A stretch of DNA of 64,000 bases, from positions 1,371,309 through 1,435,308 of the forward strand of contig NW_003314267.1 of the NCBI RefSeq assembly GCF_000143415.4, given 5' to 3'. This DNA is from Selaginella moellendorffii (lineage: Eukaryota > Plantae > Lycopodiophyta). The position numbers and the translations under genes were made by a program. The notes beneath the pieces are model-generated. The model saw only the letters and a list, made by a program, of their open reading frames with translations. It made no database searches and was not told the origin of the DNA. Of this stretch, positions 24,281 through 34,608 are shown in pieces (positions within the stretch are counted from its first letter, which is position 1; every line of letters starts with the position of its first letter).

Positions 24281-25988
24281 GCTTTAGCTTGCGTACGAGA
24301 GTCTCCAGCAGGGCATTGGTCTGTGCCAACTGTCCTTCTAGCACGTCCAATCGAGCCTTGGACGACCGAACCTCACCACCGGACTCCTGTTTGGAAGTTT
24401 CCTCACTGGAGTCCTCCTCATGCAAGGATTCCTCATCCATAGCCTCCTGTTCGACCGGAGGCTCCAGCTCTGGCGGAGGTTCCGTCTCCGCCTGGGTTCG
24501 CTTACGCCCTGCCCTTGCCATCTCCCAGCAATCCGCCTCTATCCTTCGCTAGAACTGAGGAAAAGGCTCCGATACCAAATTGTAAGCCACAAATTTTTCC
24601 TTTCCAATTTGCCAGCTTACCTCGTCTATCCGTCCAACACCGCCTTGGCTTTTGCTAAGTTCCCTTGCCAAGGTTCTCGCCTAGGGTACCAGCTCCTACT
24701 TGGTCTCAGCTACTCACTGCACGAGCAACGGAGTGTTATCCATCCATCCACGGATTCCCAAATCACTCCCAATCCCCCTCCCTGGGTTAGACTGGACTTA
24801 AGGTTCGGCTACACTCCCCGCAAGCACAAGCAGCCAAGCACACCAAGCTTCCAGGTTCCTAACATCCCTTGGTACCACAAGACTTGATCATGGGACCCTC
24901 TAAATCCCAAGTCTTGAGTGCAACACTTGCTTCGGGACGCCGGGGCGAAACACCGTGGCCTAGCGGCCCGGTATAGGTACCTCTACCCCCCCACTTCCAT
25001 CCCGAAGGAAGGCCCAAGCCCCTAGGAAGGGCAAGGACCAATGAGCCGCATGGTACTCAAGTGGGGCACCACTCCACATGAGCCGGGAGCACCGCAATCG
25101 GTTTCCCTTTTGGGAGTGGGAGCTGCTCTTGAGCACTTCCTTGGATGGCCCCTCCGGCACCAGCCAAGTCCATGCTCACTCCCACCCAAGGCCCCTTGGC
25201 CCCAGTCTCAACCTCAAGTCGGTTTGGAAGCCCAACTGGAGAGTCCCTTCAAAACTGGTTCATGGACCTCACTATCCCTACTATACTTTTGGAACCCCCT
25301 GCAGCCCCCCCCCCCCCTGGGAGACACACGCTTTGGGCTTTCACCCCTTGACCTGTATTAGTATTTAGACTTAGTCTCTGGCTCGATCTCGGACCCGATT
25401 TCGGATCCGACTTCGGATTCGGTCTCGGACTCGATCTCGGACTCGATCTCGGACCCGATCTCGGACCCGACCTGGGACTCGATCTCGGACTCGGTCTTGG
25501 ACCCGATTTCGGATCTCGGACTCCGTCTCGAACTCGGTCTCGAACTCGAACTTGAACTCGGTCCCCGAGTCGGTCTCGGACTCGATTCCGGACTCTATCT
25601 CGAACTCGGTCCTAGAGTCGGTCTTGGACTCGATCTTCGACTTGGTCCCATCCGATGAACTCTTTGTCATTTTGGTCATGCTTTCGGGGTTCCTTTAGCC
25701 TACGACACCTCGGCGAGTTGGTTCCTTACGACATGCTATTGACACCCACGTGAAATTTCGCATTCACAAAATTGGCATGAGGCCTCATGCCATCTTGATA
25801 TACACACAGCTGCAAGCAAGTAAAAACATACATGACAATACGCTAGCCATGAAATTGCAAGGGCCCAAGATGGCATGTGGCCTCATGCCATTTCTAAATG
25901 TGGTCCTAAGCCATTCCATGGTGAACATATCAGGAAGCACAAGTGCCGAATATCAAGAGGAAGCGGTAGCCACACCAAAGACAGTGCC

Positions 25989-26085
25989 GCTCGCAACACC
26001 GCAACTGCTCGTAGCGCTGCTCGCAACACCGCAACTGCTCGTAGCGCTGCTCGCAACACCGCAACTGCTCGTAGCGCCGCTCGCA
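25989..26085. repeat. 30-bp GC-rich tandem repeat (~3 copies) upstream of the transposase
   Basis: GCTCGCAACACCGCAACTGCTCGTAGCGCT x3. Confidence 0.85.
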
Positions 26086-26269
26086 CAAACTGCCACTCGC
26101 ATAAACTGCCGCTCGCAATGGCACTCGCAATGCCGCAACCGCTCGTAGACGCATAAACCACAGCTCACAACGCCGCTTACACAAGCAGCGCTCACTGCGC
26201 TCAGCGGAACCAAGAACACGGCGCACAAAAATGATAGACCTAGGAATGAGTTCGAGAATTCAAAAATAA

Positions 26270-28401
26270 CACACGCTTGAACGTCACATCAAATCCTCTG
26301 ACAAACCAGATCTTATGATTCCTCTGACAAATTTCAAACTGAGTAGCTTCTAGACTTTGCTGTCGGAGGTTGAACTTTGTCACATCATGTCCTTGCCTCG
26401 ATCCAGCTGTGCCATGTTAGTGATTCGAACTTTGCCATGCCATGTCAGCGATCCGCGCCAAGATTATTTGCCATGTAAAGGAATAATTATGCTGTGTGTA
26501 TACGTCTATTTATGGCAATATAAGGCCATACGCCATTCAAAGAATAATGCTAGTCGAGCATTTTTTGGTGCATTTTTGGGTTCAAAATTGGATGAGCCCA
26601 CACGCTATAAAGTTTACCTGTACCAAAAATAGAAACAGCTTTATTTACTTGGGAATTTAAGTGGTTGAGGCATTTTTAAACTTACAAACACATGCCCTAC
26701 TTACATTCCTTTGGTTGCTTAAAATTCAAAAATATTATAAACCTTTCTTTTTGCATTTTCAATGTTTTCAATTATGGTTTTTGATTTTCGCAGGACCAGC
26801 CTAGTAATCTATTTGCATCCCGTCATGTTTATAGCTAGCTTTCGTTTGTCCCCTTCGCTAGCCTGAGATACATCTGCTCGGCATCTGCCTCTTACAGCAT
26901 TTGCCCAGAAAGGGCATCTTTCTTCACGCAGCATTTGCCACATGTTTAGGGTTTAGGGTTTAGCAATTCAGTAGCTTGATAAACATGCAAATACAGAACT
27001 TGATGCAAAATCCTTTGATATGTCACAATGCCCCTAGGACCATAAACACATTTCAATAGAGAGGGTCCTTTCATTTCATAACTCCTTACGTAGATCTTGG
27101 TAAAACCAGAGTTAGTGAAGTTAGTTTCTTGTGATCCCACATCTGATTGTGATGTCCCTTTGCAGTGTCGATGGAAAGGTCAATGCACACCAAACTGTAA
27201 AATCTTGGAGCAAAATAACGGTCGGATCTATGGCAAATGCCCCTGAAACATTGTAAGGCTCGTGTGATCTCATATGGTGTCCGATCGAGATGCTTCTTTG
27301 TAGGGTCATCAAGAAAGACATTGTATACCATTCTGTAAAATCTAGTTGCGATCTAACGGTTGGATCTCCAGAAAACTCAAAAAAATCTCGCGCGTATTAG
27401 AATATTCTAGGAATATACTCCTATGTGCCCCTGAAAATGGCATGCGGTCCCATGCCATTCAAGAGATAACGCCAGATGACGCCGAGCATTTTTTGGGATC
27501 AAAATTGCATGAGCCCACACGCTTGAACATCACATCAAATCCTCTGACAAACCAGATCTTATAATTCCTCTGACAAATTTCAAACTGAGTAGCTTCTAGA
27601 CTTTGCTGTGGGACGTTGAACTTTGTCACATCATATCCTTGCCTCGATCCAGCTGTGCCATGTCAATGATTCGAACTTTGCCATGCCACGTCAGCGATCC
27701 GCGCCAAGATTATTCGCCGTGTAACTGCTCGGCATCTGCCTCTTACAGCATTTGCCCAGAAAGGGCATCTTTCTTCACGCAGCATTTTCCACATATTTAG
27801 GGTTTAGGGTTTAGCAATTCAGTAGCTTGATAAACATGCAAATACAGAACTTGATGCAAAATCCTTTGATATGTCAGGACCATAAACACATTTCAATAGA
27901 GAGGGTCCTTTCATTTCATAAATTAAACTCCTTACGTAGATCTTGGTGAAACCAGAGTTAGTGAAGTTGGTTTCTTGTGATCCCGCATCTGATTGTGATG
28001 TCCCTTTGCAGTGTCAATGGAAAGGTCAATGCACACCAAACTGTAGAATCTTGGAGCAAAATAACGGTCGGATCTATGGCAAATGCCCCTGAAACATTGT
28101 AAGGCTCGTGTGGTCTCATGTGGTGTCCGATCGAGATGCTTCTTTGCAGGGTCATCAAGAAGGACATTGTATACCATTCTGTAAAATCTAGTTGCGATCT
28201 AACGGTTGGATCTCCAGGAAACTCAAAACAATCTCACGCGTGTCAGAATATTCTAGGAATATACTCCTATGTGCTCCTGAAAATGGCATGCGGCCCCACG
28301 CCATTCAAGAGATAACGCCAGATGACGCCGAGCATTTTTTGGTGCATTTTTTGGGATCAAAATTGCATGAGCCCACATGCTTGAACGTCATCCTCTGACA
28401 A
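26270..28401. repeat. Tandem duplication inside the DNA transposon (26270-27516 vs 27517-28374; second copy lacks ~400 bp)
   Basis: CACACGCTTGAAC...CCTCTGACAA recurs at ~26270, ~27517 and ~28374; near-identical minus ORFs 27086-27331 and 27932-28177. Confidence 0.85.
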
Positions 28402-29038
28402 TTTATTTAGCTGAACATCTGGCATTTTTGGAAATACAAGATGCTTTGGAATATCCAATCATGCATGGTATAAATATAGCGAGGGTATTAAATGATATCC
28501 CAATCATGATCTTTCTTTTGGATTTCGCGTGCATGCAGTCCGAGGAATGATGACGTTGCGGATTTCTTTTGGATTTCACGCATGCGCGCGCCGATCCAGA
28601 AATTAATGGTGGCGCCCAAGTCCGAGAAATGATGACGTGGCGGGATTACCAACCGTCGTGACATTTCGCGCGTGTGAGGTTAGGTTTTGCATTTTGCTTC
28701 GTACTCGCGCTCGCACACTCGCGCTCGCATCGCGCTCCCACTTCTCTACAGGTTTCTCATGTGCATCGGCGTCCACTCGCGCTTGCATCACACTCGCGCT
28801 CGCATCGCGCTCGTGTGCATCGGCGTCCACTTCAAGACACACCCAATTTGTAACTTCGCCGCCAACTCCGCCGCCCACTCCGCCACCCACACGCAGCCCA
28901 CTTGGCGTTCCGGGAGATTTCAGCGCCACTCTCCAACTGTAAGTGGCAGAGTAGCCTTGCTGCTACGATCCGCTGCACACACAGTGCACATTCGCCAGCG
29001 AGTCCGGCCTCGATTGTCACGCCTCCATTCGGCTTCAA

Positions 29039-32000
29039 ATGGTAAGTCTTTTAGGCCAAGTAGAAAATGGCATGAGGCCACATGCCATTCAGTAGCAACA
29101 TTGGCATGCACCGATTGGGCTCTCGAGTGCAGTCCGGTTACAGATGGCGTGTAGCCTCACGCCATCTTAGGATGCAGCCTCAAGACATCTGATGCAGTGG
29201 TGAATGGCGTGTGGCCTCACGTTATTTCCAGCTGTTAGCTTTTCATCTGTCAGCTCTAATTGTTGTGCATTTCTGAACAGGCGAGGAATTGTGTTCTTCT
29301 TCCAGCCACTGTCAATGTGGATGCAGAGAAGGGGGAGGAGCTCACCAGTTGGACTTTCGGGATGGAAGGCGAGGATCTGAGGCTGTACAACACAGATGGT
29401 GGGAGAAAAGAATGCATGGGGATCCTCATCCAAGTGACAGACACTCCATGCAGTTCCATGCAAGAATATGGACTGGCACTTGTGGTAGAGACAGCGTCCG
29501 CCTTCAAGATCCACCTTGCACATCCTAGCGGCTTCCCGGAGGGGGGCAGCAGCTATGAGGAATTCCTAGAGGGAGCTAGGGAGAGGTTGTCCAGGAGGCC
29601 TAAAATTTCAAAGACGCTGCGGGTCTATGAAGATCACATGGAATCCACGGACCTCACCTACGGCGACGTTCAAAAACTATATTCCAACATTGAGCCGTTG
29701 AGAGTGCCTCCAGTTCGCGAAGCGAAGGGGAAGGGGGTCGATCTAGAAACTACCCCGAAGCAGAAAAGGGTGGTCAAGCTCAAGCCGACGTCCTACTCTC
29801 CTGGTCCAAAAAAGAAGCTACTCGGTGATGCCATTGCCTCGGGTTCGAACACTACACCCACCAAAAAGAAGAGCCGCAAAGAGCAGAAAGAGCAAGAAGA
29901 GGTAGCAAAAATCGTCACAGATAATAGTACTTGTTACTATTCCAACAAAGTATATACAATCGACGTGAGCCGTATTGACATCCAAAGCAAATACAACCAC
30001 AGGCTAGTATCTGATGAGTGGGTGGAGAAAATGAAGCAGAAGATGCTGGCAAGTCCAGTAACACTCGACATCACAGACGTGATCCCCTACTACCGAACAA
30101 TGAAAGGTGAGACGAGGTTTCCAGACTTGATCAATAGGAAGGTGTTGGATGATCAGAACATCCGGTTCTATGCCATCTCTGGGCAACATTCTAGCTTGGC
30201 GATGCAAGAGATAGTTGTGGATATTATGGTGGGCGAGGAGGTGAAGAAAGTTTTCAAGACAAGAGTTGTCAGCCTGATAAAAGGCAACTCGCCCCTCCGA
30301 TCTATCATATCCATCTCCCACGCGCAGAATGTCAAGCAAGAAACGTGCTACAAATCGGGTCTGCACGAGACATTGGCACGAACACGGAAGCTCTGGGTTC
30401 AACTGAAGAAGCCACAAAAACCAGGACAAGGACGTGCACTAGCAACTAGCGCCTGGCAGGTAAGCCTCGTTGCTGTGGCATAGCATGTGGCCTCACGCCA
30501 TTTCCATTGCAGGAATTCTCGAGTCTTCTCTCGAAAACACTAGGGGTCAATGACACACTCAGCATCCATAACATTCTACTCGCGACAAAAGTTGTTTTTG
30601 ACAAATGGGTAGATGTGCTGAGGAGGTACCATGACGGGGAGTTGTTAAACTCAATGGGTGTGGAGGACGGGCGGAAGCCCAATGATTTGAAGCTCAACGC
30701 CTTGCGTTTCTCGCAGTCTCTAGACGACGACGACGTTCTGACAGTGGCTAATGCTCTTCTACGTGGTGAGGTAGTCTTCAACAAGACCAAAATGACTCCC
30801 GGCCATATTGTGATATACGAGGACTTGTGCACAACTTTGAGAGCTCGTGCGCTATTGAAGGATTGGATCTTCGAGCAAGTGGCCGTGGAGAGGGTGAGCA
30901 TCGACACCACGCAAGAGATGATGGAAGAGCTGGAGTTGTCAAATGAAGACATCGACGAGTACGTGAAGGGGGCCCCCAAGTTCATCGATCTGCTGCGGGA
31001 TGCCACGAAAAGTAAAGCTGAGAAGTTGGATCAGTATCCAAATTTTATTAAGAGGGATGTCGACCGCTGGCTTCAGAAACAGCTCGACCCCGCAGCAGAG
31101 GCCTATCGAGAACCTTACCGGGTATACGTGAATTCGGATGAGGATCAAAGGTGGAGGAGCATCGTTTCCCGCGGAGATGAGCAGGTCAAGAACATCTTTT
31201 GTGTGATGGACTTCACAAACGAGGAGATCACTCATGCAGACGAAGTCAGCTCCATCATTGACTTAATGGTGGGACTTGCGGAGGTGGAATCTTCAGTCCA
31301 CTATATGATCTACGACTCCGAATCCTATCACAAGTTCTAGAAGGCCTTGAACGAGGTGAAGGCTCGGTTGAAAGGCAAGGAGATGCAGGAGATCCATGGG
31401 ATAATGGCTAAGAAGAAGATACCGACGAATGTCTACATCTTCACACTTGCCCTTGTTATTGGTCCTGCAGCAGAGTGGGACTGGAGTGACTTCCCAGCTT
31501 CGTTCGACAAGGCCGATCGAATTGATCTGAGGGAGGTCAATTTACCCGTGCCTGAGGAACTAAAGACGGCTATGGAGCTTTCGAATCCAGAGAAAGCTCC
31601 AGATGCAGCATGGGAAATGCTCAGCTGGGTCTTCAACGCAATAGCGGGTGGGTCACCTGCTTCCGACTCCAAGGGCAAATGCGTTGTCGAGTACAACTGC
31701 GGCGGACTATTCTTTCGAGCCGCACTACTCAAGGGTGTCCCGTGTGTTGCGGTGACAAACTCCATTGAAGAGGTGACTTCAATGGAGCATATAATTACAG
31801 TTGCCAAAGAAAAACAGTATCTTCTTTGCGAACCTGGTGAGTACGCACTTTAAGTTTAAATGTTATCTCACAAGCTCTGTATGCAGGAGCGTGGCCACCC
31901 CCAGATGCTGAAACGGCGTTAACAGCTATTGTTGAAGATACCCATGTTGGGCTGAGCTCACAACCTGCACAAGGTAAGGTCACGTGAGGCCTCACGCCAT

Positions 32001-34608
32001 TTTGATTATAGATCGTTGTGAATATTCAGACACGAGGACTGAAAAGCGCACTGGTGGCGCGTCGAAGAAGGACAAACAGACAAGCAATAGGAAAAAAGGA
32101 GGTACAAATTATATTTGCAATGGCGTGTGGTCTCATGCCATTCCTTGCAGGAGACACTTCTTCAAAGGCAAAACAGGCAAGCACCAGCCAAGCTCAAACT
32201 GACAGTGGTCATAAAAAGCGAAAGCACGTTGGACAGTCGTCAGGATCAGAGGCGTTTGATTCGAAAAGGAAGAAGGGCAACGAAAAGATGATAGGTAATG
32301 CCTCGCGGTCACCACCTCCTAACTCAGATTCCTATGGCGGACTCCCCTTCCCCAATCTCAATGGAGAGGTACAATGGATGAGGGATGCTTTTCAAGTCAG
32401 GGCCACGTTTTTCTCATCTCATCGTCTTCGAAGGGTGCAAGAACGTGCAGAAACCATGTTAAGACAGTCGGGTGAGGATACGGTCCTAGGTCACACACTA
32501 AAACAGGCTATGGATGTCTTGTATTTTGAGATGGAGACTCGGCTAGATGATTTTCCCAAGATGGTCCTGGAAGAACAAGCCATCCAGCCTGAGCAGCCTA
32601 TGGAAGAAATGCAGGAGGGGGATGAGGAGCCAGAGAAAGATAATGAGTAGGAAGAGCAGAAGGACGAAGAGGAGGACAAAGAAAAGGAGGACGAAGAAGA
32701 GGAGGACGAAGAGGACTTGGATGGTCCTCATAATGGTGACGATCACAATAACAACGACGACGATGATGATGACGATGGCCAGCCTGAGGTGGCCAAAGAG
32801 CAGTGGAGGAAGGTCATACAAGACAAACCATCAGGTAAATAATAGTACATCCATTCCTAACCTTTTACCATTTCTAACATTGTCCATGTAGGTTGCATAG
32901 CAAATGGTAAGTAGAGATTATTCAGTTGAATTAAGATACAAACTCTAGCCTTTAGTGTCGAGGAAGGATAGTGCCAAGCAAGGGTCGAAACGTATGTCCA
33001 ATCCTTCAGAATCAGCAGTGCGCCCAAGTGATATCGGTCCTAGTTCCTCAATAGTAGTTGATGGTAAATACAGTATAGTCGATTCAATGTGCTAATGAGT
33101 TTGTTTTTAGTAGCCAGTAGGGAGGATACCATCTCAATCGAAGGGAGATATTTGGACATGCATATGGATCCGCCAGTGGACTCTACTTGCCTGCAAGAGT
33201 CATCAGAGCTGGTGGAGGCTACTATCCATATCAACGCCAAGCAAGTTGACCACGCTCCACTTGATGCTGCCCATACCACTGAGTCAATCTTGTCCACGTA
33301 TCCAACTGACGGTGACCAAGCGCCATTGGACCCGCATGAGGCCGCCCCAGCTGCCGAGCCGGTCGTATCCTCATTTCCAACGGACTCAACGTGTGCCCAA
33401 TCGTCTAACTACGCGCAGTTGGAACCTCCCTACACCGCCCCTGCTGCCTGTTCGGTCATGTCCACTTTGCCAACGGAGGCACCAGCTGAAATGGTGTGTG
33501 ATCACACGCCATCGGAACCACCCCATGCCACTGTTGAGCCAGTTGTACCAGAGTCTACAGCTGAAATGGCATGTGCCCACACGCCATCGGATGCGATTGA
33601 CCCCACATTGCAGAGGAGAGTATTTCTGCCCTTCACGTTTCCTTGACCAAAACCCTCTCAACGACCATCGGGAGCACCATTCGCTAATATTGTAGATGGT
33701 AAAATTGACTTGTACCATTTTTTATGCTAACGCATTTCATTTCAGAGTCACGGCAAAGGTACTGTATCGTTTTTGATCTGAACGGTGTCCTTTTCTCCCA
33801 TGAGCGTGGCTCGTCCTCGAATGTCACTGCACCCTCCAAAGCCTGCGATCGCAAGTTGGTCAAAAGAGACAGATTCACATTAATCACACGGGAGAAACTG
33901 CGGGATCTAATAATGACCATGCGACACTTAAAACAGAGGGCCGGGTTCAATTTGCAATTGGGAGTTTGGACATCCATGATGCGCCACAATGCATTAACGT
34001 TGCTACAGATGATGCACGATCAGACGCGAGTAATATTACCATTTGACTTTCTCCTAACGCAGGAGGATTGCTTGACTATGGTCCATGTGAGGGGTAGCAA
34101 GCCCATCTTCGTCAAGCCAGAGGCTGTAGTGATGAACCAGACTGCTAGGTCAAGTGAAATCCTCATCATCGATGACTCGCCGATTAAAACTGCAGCGAAC
34201 ACGCACACATATGCAGTGCACCCCATCTCTTGCAGTATGGAAACTAGGGAGAAGAAACCGTATGTTCTGGGGGACCTTGCAAAATGGCTTGGAGCGATGG
34301 TGATAGAGAACCGGCCAGTCCAGTAGGTGGCTGCAGAAATCAACCAAATGGCAGATGGAACGGTATATCAGAAGCCATTTGATCGGACAGACACCTGTCA
34401 TCATTTATGGCATGTATATTGTCTAGCCAAGCACTATCCGCATCTCCATAATCTGCTCAACCGGATGGGTTCTTCGACCACTGAACATGAGCGTGGACGT
34501 ATTAGAGAAGAGATGGCATTACTATTGGGTTTAAATCCTGATAGTGTGGAGAGTGATGAAATTCCAAGATTATTGTATAGGCGTTGGAGGCAAAAAATAA
34601 CAGTCTGA
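29039..34608 (+). pseudogene. Multi-exon cargo gene (possibly two genes): ParB/Srx-like domain + degenerate N6/N4 DNA methyltransferase-like domain + acidic tract + FCP1/NIF HAD phosphatase-like domain
   Basis: ATG|GTAAGT intron to 29280; in-frame intron 30460-30512. ParB-like IDVSRIDIQSKYNHRLVSDEWVEKMKQKM...FYAISGQHSSLAMQEI. MTase-like NIFCVMDFTN...NPEKAP..WEMLSWVF...GKCVVEYNCGGLFFRAALLKGVPCVAV. NIF IVFDLNGVL...GVWTS...QEDC...KP...ILIIDDSPIKTAAN. In-frame TAG at 31338, 32648, 34324. Confidence 0.7.

Larger units (their letters stand above)
18200..24521 (-). pseudogene. gag-pol polyprotein (gag, Zn knuckle, protease, RT, RNase H, integrase, chromodomain) with stops, a frameshift and two introns
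   Basis: NCGEAGHFSREC; ILIDTG; YIDDILIYS; ETDALDFALGAVL; HDGPLAGH...CPTCQ; MDFITGLP; HPQT/DGQTER; GPY; EEYEVEAI...VKWKGFPHCEATWEPEENL. In-frame stops at 22165, 21391, 21007, 20407; gag split by a solo LTR. Confidence 0.95.
16643..25730 (-). mobile_element. Full-length Ty3/gypsy chromovirus LTR retrotransposon
   Basis: LTRs 16643-17797 and 24581-25730, TSD ACATG (16638-16642 / 25731-25735), PBS TGGTATCGGAGC (tRNA-iMet) at ~24566-24577, PPT at 17798-17812. Confidence 0.95.

Noticed and set aside
26945-26962. TTTAGGG repeats as telomeric sequence
   Set aside because: Only 2-3 units; telo-box scale.
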